A DNA stretch of 64,000 nt from an uncultured Mollicutes bacterium (lineage in GTDB: Bacteria; Bacillota_I; Bacilli_A; RFN20; CAG-826): NCBI GenBank assembly GCA_900549975.1, contig URQK01000001.1, positions 23,400 to 87,399 of the forward strand. Direction: 5' to 3'. Position numbers and translations under genes: made by a program. This document shows positions 52,336-62,980 of this stretch, one piece after another. The notes beneath the pieces were generated by a model. It was not told the origin of the DNA, made no database searches, and was given only the letters and a program-made list of their open reading frames with translations. Each line of letters begins with the position of its first letter. Positions within the stretch are counted from its first letter, which is position 1.

Positions 52336-55300
52336 ATGAAAATGTTTGATATTAATGATTTAAAGTCAATTAAAATTTCTCTTGCTTCTCCAGAAAAAAT
52401 TCGTGCATGGTCTCATGGTGAAGTTAAAAAGTTTGAAACTATTAACTATCGTTCTCAAAAACCAGAAATGGGCGGATTATTCTGTGAAAAAATATTCGGA
52501 CCTTCTAAAGATTATGAATGTCACTGTGGTAAATATAAGAAAATTCGTTATCAAGGTGTCACTTGTGAAAAATGTGGTGTCGAAGTTATTTCTAAAGAAG
52601 TTAGACGTGAAAGAATGGGCCATATTGAGCTCGCTTCACCAGTAACTCATATTTGGTATTTAAAGAGTGTACCATCACGCATAGGTCTAGTACTTGATAT
52701 ACCTGCAAAACAACTTGAAGAAATTATTTATTTCGCTGCTCACGTTGTTATTAATCCAGGTACATCTAAATTCTTGACAAAAGGACAACACATTTCTGAA
52801 AAGAATGGTCCAGCAGATTTATTAGTTGTAATCAAAGACTTTGTTGATACATTAGACAAAGATAGTTATGACTATACTCGCGCTAACGAGTTAATTAGCA
52901 AATTAGAAAATTATCCACAAGAACCTTTTGATTTCCAAACTACAGCAGCATTTATTTCTAAACATACTGGTGCTGAATTTGGCGAAGGAGCAGAAGCAAT
53001 CAAAAAATTATTAAAAGAAATTGATCTTGATGCTGAATCTGCAAAACTTCGTGCTCAAATCAAAGATTCTAAGAAAGATAAACAAAAGAAATTAATGAAA
53101 CGTTTAGCAGTTATCGAAGCTTTCCGTTCTTCTGGAAACAGACCAGAATGGATGGTCTTAGACTGCATTCCTGTTTTACCACCAGACTTACGTCCAATGT
53201 GTAAACTTGAAGGTGGACGCTTCGCTGTTTCTGATTTAAACGAATTATATCGTCGTGTTATTACCCGTAATAATCGTTTAAAAAGATTAATCGAAATGAA
53301 TGCTCCATCTGTTATTCTTTTAAATGAAAAACGTATGGTGCAAGAAGCTGTTGATGCTTTAATCGATAATGGTCGTAGAAATAAACCTGTACAAGGTCCT
53401 AATGGCCGCACATTTAAATGTTTAACAAGTATCTTAAAAGGTAAACAAGGCCGTTTCCGTCAAAACTTACTTGGTAAACGTGTTGACTATTCAGGTCGTT
53501 CAGTTATTGCTGTTGGACCAGACTTAAAGATGTATGAATGTGGTATTCCACGTGAAATGGCTATTCAATTATTACGTCCATATATTGTCTCTTTATTAAT
53601 TAAAAGAGGATATGCTTCTGCTCATAAACAAGCAGAAAAATTAATTGATCGTTATGATGAAAAGGTATTTGACATTGTTGAAGAAATCATTAGCGACCAC
53701 CCAGTATTATTAAACCGTGCTCCTACATTACATAGACTTGGTATTCAAGCATTCCAACCTAAGTTAGTAGCAGGTCGTGCAATTCGTTTGCACCCATTAG
53801 TCTGTACTGGATTTAACGCTGACTTCGATGGTGACCAAATGGCTGTTCACTTACCTTTATCAAAATCCGCTCAAGAAGAAGCTATTGATTTAATGTTAGC
53901 AAGTAATAATATTTTAGGACCTAAGGATGGTAAACCAATTGTTACTCCATCTCAAGACATGGTTCTTGGTAATTACTATTTAACACTTGAATCAACAAAA
54001 GAGTACTTTGAAGATCGTGCTAAAAAGTGTGAAGAAATGGGCGACCATGAAGAAGCTGAACGCTTCACCTTATATGCAGAAAGTGAAGGAAAAGTATTCC
54101 GCAACATTGATGAAGTTGAACGTGCTTATTTAACAAAACAAATCAACTTACATAACCGTATTGCTATTCCAGGTAAAGAAATCAATAAAGATAATTTAAC
54201 TGAAGAAGAATATAATGGTTATTTAATTACTACAGTTGGTAAGATAATCTTTAATAAGATTTATCCTGCTGATTTCCCTTATTTAAATAATCCAAGTAAT
54301 AAGAAAAACTTTGAACAAACTATTGCTAGTGACTTTGTACCAAAAGGGACAAATATCAAAGAATATATTGCTAATCAACCAATTAGAAAACCATATTGTA
54401 AGAAAGATTTAGGTACAATTATTAACCAAATCTTTAAGAGATATGGTACAACTAAAACATCTGTTGTTCTTGATAAGATGAAAGATCAAGGCTTTAAGTA
54501 TTCTACTTACGCTGGTATTACTGTTTCTATCGCTGATATTAATGTTGTTGATGAAAAGAAAACATACATTGAAGAAGGAGATAAGGCCGTTAATACTGTT
54601 AATAGCATGGCTAAAAAAGGTTATTATACCGATGCTGAAAGACATAAGAAAGTTGTTGAAATTTGGGAAAACATTCGTAAAAAATTCGAAGTTGCTCTTA
54701 AAAAACACATGGATACCGAAATTGATAACCCAATCTATATGATGGCTAATTCCGGTGCTCGTGGTAACATTTCAAACTTTACTCAATTATCCGCGATGCG
54801 TGGACTTATGGCTAACCCATCTGGTGAAACTATTGAATTACCAATTAAATCATGTTTCCGTGAAGGTATTAAAGTTAGCGAATTCTTCATTGCTACTCAC
54901 GGTGCCCGTAAAGGTGGAGCTGATACTGCATTAAAGACTGCTGACTCAGGTTACTTAACAAGAAGATTAGTTGATGTTTCTCATGACGTAGTTGTTAGAG
55001 AAGAAGATTGCGGTACTGATGTTGGATTTGTAGTAAGCGAAATTAGAGATACTGCAAGAGATCAAGTAATCGTTCCATTAAAAGACCGTTTATTTGGAAG
55101 ATATTCATTACATGATATCATTGATTCTGCTACTGGTGAAATTCTTGTTCCAGGCAATACATTAATGTCTGAAACTGATGCTCAAAGAGTAGTAGATGCT
55201 GGTATTGATCACGTTGAAATTAGGTCTTTACTTGGATGTCAAACAAAACATGGCGTATGTAAACATTGCTATGGCTTAAACTTAGCAACTGGTAAAGAAG

Positions 55301-56199
55301 TTGAAATTGGCGAAGCAGTTGGTATTATGGCTGCTCAATCAATTGGTGAACCTGGTACTCAATTAACCATGCGTACATTCCATACTGGTGGTGTTGCTGG
55401 TAGCGATATTACTCAAGGTTTACCTCGTGTTCAAGAATTGTTTGAATCACGTAATCCAAAAGGACGTGCCGTTATATCTAAGATTAGCGGTAAAGTCAAA
55501 GATATTAAAGAAAATAATGGTTGTTATACAATCACTATTGAAAATGAAGAAACAAATGATACCAAAGTTGAAACAACAACATTTGGTGCAAGACTTCGTG
55601 TTAAAGTTGGCGATGAAGTAAGACCTGGTCAAAAGATTACTGAAGGTGCTATTTACCCAGTTGAATTATTAATTAATGCTGGTGTTTATGAAGTTGAAAA
55701 ATACATCATTAAAGAAGTACAAAAAGTCTATCGTGCTCAAGGTATTGAAATTTCTGATAAACACATTGAAGTTATTGTTTCACAAATGTTACGTAAAGTA
55801 CACATTCTTGATGGCGGAGATACAAAACTCTTACCAGATACTTTAGTAGATAAAGAAGCATTTACTGAAGCAAATACAGAAATATTGCTTAAAGGTGGAA
55901 AACCTGCAGTATGTGTACCAGAAATTTTACGTATCACTAAAGCTGCTCTTGAAACAGAATCATTCTTATCTGCTGCTTCATTCCAAGAAACTGCAAAAAT
56001 TCTTACTGATGCCGCTATCAAAGGTAAGACTGATATCTTACATGGTTTAAAAGAAAACGTTATTACTGGTAAGTTAATTCCAGCAGGACGTGGATTATTA
56101 AGCGATGAGCAAGAAGATGAATTACTAGAAACATTTGATGTTAAATCAAAGATGGACTTAGTAAAACAACAATATATTGAAAAGTTCGATCAAAAATAG
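52336..56199 (+). CDS. rpoC: DNA-directed RNA polymerase subunit beta'
   Basis: 1287 aa. Zn finger CHCGKYK...CEKCG and the NADFDGD catalytic motif. Confidence 0.97.
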   Translation: MKMFDINDLKSIKISLASPEKIRAWSHGEVKKFETINYRSQKPEMGGLFCEKIFGPSKDYECHCGKYKKIRYQGVTCEKCGVEVISKEVRRERMGHIELASPVTHIWYLKSVPSRIGLVLDIPAKQLEEIIYFAAHVVINPGTSKFLTKGQHISEKNGPADLLVVIKDFVDTLDKDSYDYTRANELISKLENYPQEPFDFQTTAAFISKHTGAEFGEGAEAIKKLLKEIDLDAESAKLRAQIKDSKKDKQKKLMKRLAVIEAFRSSGNRPEWMVLDCIPVLPPDLRPMCKLEGGRFAVSDLNELYRRVITRNNRLKRLIEMNAPSVILLNEKRMVQEAVDALIDNGRRNKPVQGPNGRTFKCLTSILKGKQGRFRQNLLGKRVDYSGRSVIAVGPDLKMYECGIPREMAIQLLRPYIVSLLIKRGYASAHKQAEKLIDRYDEKVFDIVEEIISDHPVLLNRAPTLHRLGIQAFQPKLVAGRAIRLHPLVCTGFNADFDGDQMAVHLPLSKSAQEEAIDLMLASNNILGPKDGKPIVTPSQDMVLGNYYLTLESTKEYFEDRAKKCEEMGDHEEAERFTLYAESEGKVFRNIDEVERAYLTKQINLHNRIAIPGKEINKDNLTEEEYNGYLITTVGKIIFNKIYPADFPYLNNPSNKKNFEQTIASDFVPKGTNIKEYIANQPIRKPYCKKDLGTIINQIFKRYGTTKTSVVLDKMKDQGFKYSTYAGITVSIADINVVDEKKTYIEEGDKAVNTVNSMAKKGYYTDAERHKKVVEIWENIRKKFEVALKKHMDTEIDNPIYMMANSGARGNISNFTQLSAMRGLMANPSGETIELPIKSCFREGIKVSEFFIATHGARKGGADTALKTADSGYLTRRLVDVSHDVVVREEDCGTDVGFVVSEIRDTARDQVIVPLKDRLFGRYSLHDIIDSATGEILVPGNTLMSETDAQRVVDAGIDHVEIRSLLGCQTKHGVCKHCYGLNLATGKEVEIGEAVGIMAAQSIGEPGTQLTMRTFHTGGVAGSDITQGLPRVQELFESRNPKGRAVISKISGKVKDIKENNGCYTITIENEETNDTKVETTTFGARLRVKVGDEVRPGQKITEGAIYPVELLINAGVYEVEKYIIKEVQKVYRAQGIEISDKHIEVIVSQMLRKVHILDGGDTKLLPDTLVDKEAFTEANTEILLKGGKPAVCVPEILRITKAALETESFLSAASFQETAKILTDAAIKGKTDILHGLKENVITGKLIPAGRGLLSDEQEDELLETFDVKSKMDLVKQQYIEKFDQK

Positions 56200-56220
56200 T
56201 AATTAATTCGAGGCTAAACT

Positions 56221-56249
56221 AAACCATCTCATTTTGAGGTGGTTTTTTT
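56221..56249 (+). terminator. Rho-independent terminator after rpoC
   Basis: AAACCATCTCA-TTT-TGAGGTGGTTT hairpin followed by TTTTTT. Confidence 0.75.
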
Positions 56250-56280
56250 AATATAATTAGTTAAAAAAATCACAAAACCT

Positions 56281-56309
56281 TTGTGTTTATGAAGTGCATT
56301 TGCTATAAT
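56281..56309 (+). promoter_or_regulatory. Promoter of the inserted metalloprotease-lipoprotein genes (TTGTGT, 17 nt, TATAAT)
   Basis: Hexamers plus an AAGGAGG RBS before ATG 56354. Confidence 0.5.
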
Positions 56310-56353
56310 ACTATATACTTATATATCTTAAGAAGTTTAAGGAGGTTATTTCT

Positions 56354-58027
56354 ATGAAAAAACTATTAAAAAGTTTATTTGCACTTGCTATAGTGGCCAC
56401 AACAGCCTTTTCATTAACTGCTTGTGGAGGACCAAGTAGAGTAAAAAGATCAACTTTTGTAAACTCTTTGTCGCAAGTTCGTAAAAGTAGAGGATATAAA
56501 GCTGATTTACCATCAACTGGTAAACAAAAAGTATTAGTTATTCCTGTTCAATTTAGTGATTACCCATGTAGTTCTACTAAATTAGCTAAATATGGTGGCT
56601 GTACTGGCTTAAGAGATGATATTAGAAAAACTATGTTTGGAAAATCCGAAGAAACAAACTGGGAATCTTTATCATCATTCTATAAAAAATCAAGTTATGG
56701 AAAACTAAATATTACTGGTAAAGTTACTGATTGGTTTACACCAGAGTTATCTGCTCACCAATACGCTTTACAAATGGAAGGGAATAATACAGGTATTTCT
56801 GATAGAATTCTAGACGAAGCTGTTGAATGGTATAAGAGCAAATATAATGATATCGATAGTTTTGATCAAAACAAAGATGGATATATTGATTCAGTTTATT
56901 TAATTTATACAGTACCAAAAAGATCACAAATTTTACCAACAAGCACAGGTATTGATACAACTGATTTATTCTGGGCTTATACATATTGGTCAAATTCACA
57001 TACTGACATTAATCTTGATACTGATAAAGATATATTACCAGTAGCATCGACATACTTCTGGGCAAGCGTCGACTTTATGTATGAAGATAAAATGCTTAAA
57101 GATGGAAAATATGTTGAATGTAAAGATAAAAATGGTGACTGGTTACCAGATGCTCACACATTCATTCATGAATCTGGTCATATTATGGGATTACCTGACT
57201 ATTACACTTATGGTCCACAAAATGGTATTGATGACTATGGTGCATTAGGTGGAATTGATATGATGGATAATAACGTCGGTGATCATAATGCATATTCTAA
57301 AATGATTTATGGTTGGACAGAACCATATGTTGTAAGTAATGAAACTGTCAAAGGTGATTCAACAACACTTACAATTAAGCCATTCTATTCTTCAGGTGAC
57401 TTCATTCTTGTTAATGCTAATTGGGATGGATCAATGTTTAGTGAGTATTTATTATTAGAATACTATCAACCAGAAGGGGTAAATAAGTATGATGCAGAGC
57501 ATCAATTTGCCGGTTCTTACCCACAAGTATTCCAACAACCTGGTGTTAAGGTATATCATGTTGACTCACGTTTAGCTGGTTTTGACCTTGTAAGCGGTAA
57601 TGTTACAGTTGCTAGTAGTGGTATTTTCGTTGATTTTATTGATGAAATTTCAAATAGATTCTCATATTGTTATATTGCTAATGATAACTCAATTACAAGA
57701 AGTGCAATTCCTGACTATAAATTAATCGAATTGTTGGAACCATCTGGCGAATGTTCATTTAAACAAAAGAATGACAAAGGACAATATATTACTCCTTACG
57801 CTACAGATGCGTCATTATTCCATGAAGGCGATTCTTTTGGCTATGAAGGTAAAGCTTACGCTGACTATAAATTACATACAGGACAAAATATTATTACTGT
57901 AGATGGTGTTCCAACTGTTGATAAAAATGGATACGAAGGCGACGAGTTAGGTTTTAAATTTGTAATTGAAAAAATGGATAAAAATGGTGTAACCATTAAA
58001 TTCGAAAAAACCGCAAGCGCATATTAA
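56354..58027 (+). CDS. M6/immune-inhibitor-A-like HExxH zinc metalloprotease lipoprotein
   Basis: Lipobox LTAC. N-terminal VLVIPVQFSDYPCS and HESGHIMGLPDYY zinc motif. GGIDMMDNN block follows. Confidence 0.65.
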   Translation: MKKLLKSLFALAIVATTAFSLTACGGPSRVKRSTFVNSLSQVRKSRGYKADLPSTGKQKVLVIPVQFSDYPCSSTKLAKYGGCTGLRDDIRKTMFGKSEETNWESLSSFYKKSSYGKLNITGKVTDWFTPELSAHQYALQMEGNNTGISDRILDEAVEWYKSKYNDIDSFDQNKDGYIDSVYLIYTVPKRSQILPTSTGIDTTDLFWAYTYWSNSHTDINLDTDKDILPVASTYFWASVDFMYEDKMLKDGKYVECKDKNGDWLPDAHTFIHESGHIMGLPDYYTYGPQNGIDDYGALGGIDMMDNNVGDHNAYSKMIYGWTEPYVVSNETVKGDSTTLTIKPFYSSGDFILVNANWDGSMFSEYLLLEYYQPEGVNKYDAEHQFAGSYPQVFQQPGVKVYHVDSRLAGFDLVSGNVTVASSGIFVDFIDEISNRFSYCYIANDNSITRSAIPDYKLIELLEPSGECSFKQKNDKGQYITPYATDASLFHEGDSFGYEGKAYADYKLHTGQNIITVDGVPTVDKNGYEGDELGFKFVIEKMDKNGVTIKFEKTASAY

Positions 58028-58042
58028 TATTTATTTACTAAA

Positions 58043-58076
58043 AACTATATCATTTAAAATGATATGGTTTTTTTTG
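58043..58076 (+). terminator. Terminator between the two paralogous protease genes
   Basis: AACTATATCAT-TTAAA-ATGATATGGTT hairpin followed by TTTTTTTT. Confidence 0.55.
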
Positions 58077-58124
58077 TTCTTTAATTATGCTAAACTTATT
58101 TCAACGAAAGGTAAGAAGACGTTA

Positions 58125-59633
58125 ATGAAAAAAAAGAATTTTTTAATTTTAGGATTAGTATTATTTTTATCAGGATGCAGTGCGTCTTCTTTATCAACGT
58201 TTAATAGTTATACTAAAGATAAAGATGATTATAGGGAAATACAAACGAATGGTTATTATAAACCTTCTGAATATAATTTAAGTTATCAAGAAATACTTCA
58301 AGATTATCCATATTCAAGTAGTGAAAAGAATATTACGATACCTTCTACGGGAGAAAGACAGTTGCTAGTTATTCCAGTGGATTTTACTGATTATAGTTGT
58401 TCAGTATTAAATGGTGGTTGCAAAAAGGCTAAAAATAAGATTCACAATGTGTTTTTTGGCGTTGACAATGTTAATGCTTTCAACTCAGTAACATCATATT
58501 TTAATAGTTCTAGTTTTGGCAAATTACATTTACGCGGTGAAGTAATGGACTGGTATCATAGTGAATATTCTACAAGTGATTTAATTGATAATAAAATGCT
58601 TGTAAATAATATCGCAAAATCGGCAATTAAATATTATAAAGACCAAGGAGTGGACTTATCTAAATTTAATACTGATGGCGATAAATATATTGATGGAATT
58701 GCTTTTGTTTATTCAGCACGTTATCAAAAAAAAGATACAGCATTATGGGCATATCAATCTGCAGTGACGTCTTATTCTTCAGAAGAATTTAAAGAAGATA
58801 ATCTAGCTAGAACTTATTTATGGGCGAGTTATTATTATATGAATAGTGATGATGACTTTGCAAAAGTCGATGCTCATACTTATATCCATGAGACAGGTCA
58901 TTTATTAGGATTAAGTGACTATTATTCTCAAGATGCCACACAGTTATTTAAGCCAATGGGTGGTATGGATATGATGGACTATAATTTAGGCGATGAAAAC
59001 ACATTCTCTAAAATGCTTTTAAATTGGACAAGGCCTTATGTTATTAAAGATGAAACCACTATAACTATTAATGCTTCTTATAAAAATGGAGATTGTATTT
59101 TAGTGCCTGCAAAATCATGGAATGGATCGGCAATGGATGAATATCTATTAATTGAACTATATTCTCCTAAAGGATTAAATGCTCATGATAGCAAAGTAGA
59201 GTACACTACAGGAGATAAGAATTTTTCTTTAATGACTAAACCAGGCATTAAAATAATGCATGTAGACGCACGTATTGGACATTATATGACATTTAATCAA
59301 AATCCTTTTATCGGTTATGATGGTGATGAAGGAGTAGAAGAAACGCTGAAAAAATATGATTCTTCTGGGCAAAGACATTATCGCAAACTAGCCCATTCTA
59401 ATACTTTATCTTACTCAGAAGACAAAATACCTTTGGTTTGCATTGTAGATAAGCATGGTGATAATTATTTAAAGCAAGGTAATTTACTCACTAATGATAG
59501 CCTTTATGTCGAAGGGGATGTTTTTAAAAAAGACTTCACATTTAATAATGGTGCTAAATTAGAATATAACATTAGAATTGATAAATTGAGTTCTTATAAA
59601 GTAACATTAACATTCGCTAAAAAAATTAAATAA
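58125..59633 (+). CDS. Second M6-like HExxH metalloprotease lipoprotein (paralogue of the upstream gene)
   Basis: Start MKKKNFLILGLVLFLSGC (lipobox LSGC). The ORF-track start at 58059 lies inside the upstream terminator. Motifs LLVIPVDFTDYSCS and HETGHLLGLSDYY, then GGMDMMDYN. Confidence 0.65.
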   Translation: MKKKNFLILGLVLFLSGCSASSLSTFNSYTKDKDDYREIQTNGYYKPSEYNLSYQEILQDYPYSSSEKNITIPSTGERQLLVIPVDFTDYSCSVLNGGCKKAKNKIHNVFFGVDNVNAFNSVTSYFNSSSFGKLHLRGEVMDWYHSEYSTSDLIDNKMLVNNIAKSAIKYYKDQGVDLSKFNTDGDKYIDGIAFVYSARYQKKDTALWAYQSAVTSYSSEEFKEDNLARTYLWASYYYMNSDDDFAKVDAHTYIHETGHLLGLSDYYSQDATQLFKPMGGMDMMDYNLGDENTFSKMLLNWTRPYVIKDETTITINASYKNGDCILVPAKSWNGSAMDEYLLIELYSPKGLNAHDSKVEYTTGDKNFSLMTKPGIKIMHVDARIGHYMTFNQNPFIGYDGDEGVEETLKKYDSSGQRHYRKLAHSNTLSYSEDKIPLVCIVDKHGDNYLKQGNLLTNDSLYVEGDVFKKDFTFNNGAKLEYNIRIDKLSSYKVTLTFAKKIK

Positions 59634-59645
59634 ATATAATTTTTA

Positions 59646-59671
59646 AGTCCACAATAATATGTGGATTTTTT
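59646..59671 (+). terminator. Terminator after the second protease gene
   Basis: TCCACA-ATAAT-ATGTGGA hairpin followed by TTTTTT. Confidence 0.6.
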
Positions 59672-59714
59672 AATTGTTGCACTTACGTATTTACTAACAA
59701 ATTTAAAAAAAATG

Positions 59715-59744
59715 TTGACTTGATATATTTATATATCGTATAAT
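59715..59744 (+). promoter_or_regulatory. Promoter of the str operon (TTGACT, 18 nt, TATAAT) with a ~105-nt leader
   Basis: Consensus-like hexamers upstream of rpsL. Confidence 0.55.
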
Positions 59745-59849
59745 TACTACGCATGTGCATAAGACCTAGTGGTCGTTTTTAAAAAGACGATATTGATACA
59801 CCGGGAATTGTGTGTTGCTAGAACAAATATTTGAAAGGAGAACATACTA

Positions 59850-60269
59850 ATGCCAACTATTAATCAATTAGTACGTAATGGTCGTAGTAAAACTACATTT
59901 AAATCCAAAGCTCCTGCATTAAACAAGAGATGGAATTCTTTAAGAAAGAAAGAAACATCACAAGATGCAGCACAAAAACGTGGTGTCTGTACCCGTGTCG
60001 GTACTATGACTCCTAAAAAACCAAACTCAGCTTTACGTAAGTACGCTCGTGTACGTTTATCAAATGGTTATGAAGTAACTGCTTATATTGGCGGCGAAGG
60101 ACATAACTTACAAGAGCACTCAACCGTAATGATCCGTGGTGGACGTGTTAAGGATTTACCAGGTGTTCGTTACCATATTATCCGTGGAACATTAGACTGC
60201 GCAGGTATTGAAAAACGCCGTCAATCTCGTTCATTATACGGAACTAAAAAACCTAAAGAAAGCAAATAA
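59850..60269 (+). CDS. rpsL: 30S ribosomal protein S12
   Basis: Conserved S12 (PTINQLVR...KKPNSALRK). Confidence 0.97.
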   Translation: MPTINQLVRNGRSKTTFKSKAPALNKRWNSLRKKETSQDAAQKRGVCTRVGTMTPKKPNSALRKYARVRLSNGYEVTAYIGGEGHNLQEHSTVMIRGGRVKDLPGVRYHIIRGTLDCAGIEKRRQSRSLYGTKKPKESK

Positions 60270-60313
60270 TGATTAAACAAATAACAATTGTTTAAGGAAG
60301 GAGGATTTATTAT

Positions 60314-60784
60314 ATGCCACGTAAGGGAAGCGTTGCAAAACGCGATGTGTTACCAGATCCAATTTATAACTCAAAACTAGTAACACGATTAATTAATAAA
60401 ATAATGGTAGATGGTAAGAGAGGAACTGCTCAAACTATCTTATATAACGCATTTAAGAGAATCGAAGCCAAAACAGAAAAACCTGCAATGGACGTATTCG
60501 CTACTGCAATCAATAACATTATGCCAGAACACGAATTAAAAGTTCGTAGAATTGGTGCCGCTAACTACCAAGTTCCAATCGAAGTATCTCCAGATAGAAA
60601 AATCACATTAGGTCTTCGTTGGTTAGTTAACTATGCTCGTTTAAGAAACGAAAAAACAATGGAAGAAAAACTATGTAACGAAATTATTGATGCCGCTAAT
60701 GGTACAGGCGCATCAGTTAAGAAACGTGAAGATACTCACAAAATGGCAGAAGCTAACAAAGCTTATGCACATTATCGTTGGTAA
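60314..60784 (+). CDS. rpsG: 30S ribosomal protein S7
   Basis: Conserved S7. Confidence 0.95.
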   Translation: MPRKGSVAKRDVLPDPIYNSKLVTRLINKIMVDGKRGTAQTILYNAFKRIEAKTEKPAMDVFATAINNIMPEHELKVRRIGAANYQVPIEVSPDRKITLGLRWLVNYARLRNEKTMEEKLCNEIIDAANGTGASVKKREDTHKMAEANKAYAHYRW

Positions 60785-60802
60785 TAGGAGGAAGTATTTC
60801 AA

Positions 60803-62881
60803 ATGGCTCGTGAATATGATTTAGCCCATACCCGTAATATTGGTATTATGGCGCATATTGATGCTGGTAAAACAACAACAACAGAGCGTATCTTGTTCTA
60901 TACAGGTAAGATTCACAAGATTGGTGAAGTCCATGATGGTGGAGCTACTATGGACTGGATGGTTCAAGAACAAGAAAGAGGTATTACAATTACTTCCGCT
61001 GCAACTACTGCATTCTGGAAAGGTAACCGTATTAACGTTATCGACACTCCGGGACACGTCGACTTTACTGTAGAAGTTGAACGTTCATTACGTGTACTTG
61101 ATGGTGCTGTTACAGTACTTGATGGTAAAAACGGTGTTGAACCACAAACTGAAACTGTTTGGAGACAAGGTAGTAAATATGGCGTTCCACGTATTGTCTT
61201 CGTAAACAAACTAGACGCTATTGGTGCTGATTTTGATATGTGTGTTGAGACATTACACTCAAGATTAGCTGCTAACGCTGCTGCTATTCAATATCCAATC
61301 GGAATTGAATCAAGTTTAAGCGGTGTTATCGATATTATTGAAAGAAAAGCATGGAATTATTCTAGTGATAAGACTGCTGCTCCAACTGAAGGACCAATTC
61401 CTGAAGAATACAAAGAAAAAGTTGAAGTATTACGTCAAGAATTATTAGAAAGATTAGCTTCTTTCGATGATGATTTAATGATGATGGTATTAGATGGACA
61501 AGATGTTCCTGTCGATTTAATCAAAAATACTATTCGTAAAGCTGTTTTAACTGGTGAATTCTTCCCAGTTTTAGCAGGATCTGCTTATAAAAATAAGGGT
61601 ATTCAATTATTACTTGATGCAGTCATTGACTACTTACCAAGCCCACTTGATATCCCACCTGCAGTAGGTACATTACCTGATGGATCAGAATATAAATGTA
61701 TTCCAGATGATAATGCTCCATTAGCGGCATTAGCATTTAAGATTGCTACTGACCCATTCGTTGGTCGTTTAGCTTATTTCAGAGTTTACTCTGGTGTTGC
61801 TAAAGCTGGTAGTTATGTCTTAAACTCAACTAAAGGTGTCAAAGAAAGATTTGGCCGTTTAGTATTAATGCACTCTAACCACCGTCAAGAAGTTGAATCA
61901 GTTCACGCTGGTGAAATTGCTGCTGTTATCGGTTTAAAGAACACTACAACTGGCGATACACTTTGTGATGAAAAATTAGATGTAGTATTAGAAAAAATGG
62001 AATTCCCAGAACCAGTTATCGAAGAAGCTATTGAACCAAAATCAAAAGCTGACCAAGATAAAATGACTTTAGCTTTAATTAAATTAGCTGAAGAAGATCC
62101 AACATTCCGTGTTCATACAAATAACGAAACAGGACAAACTATTATTGCTGGTGTTGGTGAATTACACTTAGATATTATTGTTGACCGTTTAAAGAGAGAA
62201 TTCAACGTTCAATGTAACGTTGGTGCTCCACAAGTTGGATATCGTGAAACCATTAAAACAACCGCAGAATGTGAAGGTAAATACATTAAACAATCTGGTG
62301 GTCGTGGACAATATGGTCACGTATGGATTAAATTTGAACCAAATCCTGGCAAAGGATTTGAATTCGTCGACGCTATCGTCGGTGGTACTGTACCACGTGA
62401 ATATATTAAACCAACTGAAGATGGTTTACGTGATTCATTAAATCGTGGCTTAATTGCTGGATATCCAGTTGTTGATATCAAAGCAACATTATTCGATGGA
62501 TCTTACCATGATGTCGACTCATCTGAAGCTGCTTATAAGATTGCTGCATCTATGGCTTTAAAAGAAGCTGCTAGAAAATGTAATCCAGTCATTCTTGAAC
62601 CAGTTATGAAAGTTGAAATTACTGTTCCACAAGAATACATGGGTGATGTAATGGGTGATATTACAAAACGTCGTGGTACTATTGAAGGAATGAATCAACG
62701 TGGTAATGCACAAATTATTGATGCATCTATTCCACTTGCAACAATGTTTGGTTATGTTACAGATTTACGTTCATTTACTCAAGGCCGTGGAAACTACACA
62801 ATGCAATTCGATCATTTCCAAGAATGCCCACGCTTTGTAGCTGATGAAATCATTAAAAAATCTGGCATGTCAAACCGCTAA
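60803..62881 (+). CDS. fusA: Elongation factor G
   Basis: G1 [10 protein letters not shown]3 DTPGHVDF; 692 aa. Confidence 0.97.
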   Translation: MAREYDLAHTRNIGIMAHIDAGKTTTTERILFYTGKIHKIGEVHDGGATMDWMVQEQERGITITSAATTAFWKGNRINVIDTPGHVDFTVEVERSLRVLDGAVTVLDGKNGVEPQTETVWRQGSKYGVPRIVFVNKLDAIGADFDMCVETLHSRLAANAAAIQYPIGIESSLSGVIDIIERKAWNYSSDKTAAPTEGPIPEEYKEKVEVLRQELLERLASFDDDLMMMVLDGQDVPVDLIKNTIRKAVLTGEFFPVLAGSAYKNKGIQLLLDAVIDYLPSPLDIPPAVGTLPDGSEYKCIPDDNAPLAALAFKIATDPFVGRLAYFRVYSGVAKAGSYVLNSTKGVKERFGRLVLMHSNHRQEVESVHAGEIAAVIGLKNTTTGDTLCDEKLDVVLEKMEFPEPVIEEAIEPKSKADQDKMTLALIKLAEEDPTFRVHTNNETGQTIIAGVGELHLDIIVDRLKREFNVQCNVGAPQVGYRETIKTTAECEGKYIKQSGGRGQYGHVWIKFEPNPGKGFEFVDAIVGGTVPREYIKPTEDGLRDSLNRGLIAGYPVVDIKATLFDGSYHDVDSSEAAYKIAASMALKEAARKCNPVILEPVMKVEITVPQEYMGDVMGDITKRRGTIEGMNQRGNAQIIDASIPLATMFGYVTDLRSFTQGRGNYTMQFDHFQECPRFVADEIIKKSGMSNR

Positions 62882-62980
62882 TTTAATATTTATTTAATTA
62901 ATAAATATTGATTTTAAAACCAATTTGCTATATTATGAATTCAGTTAGAATTTTTATTAGAAAATAAGGAGGAAATTCAA

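Noticed and set aside
58059-58124. N-terminal extension MIWFFLFFNYAKLISTKGKKTL of the second protease ORF
   Set aside because: This stretch lies inside the terminator hairpin and T run of the upstream gene. The downstream in-frame ATG at 58125 gives a canonical lipoprotein signal peptide.
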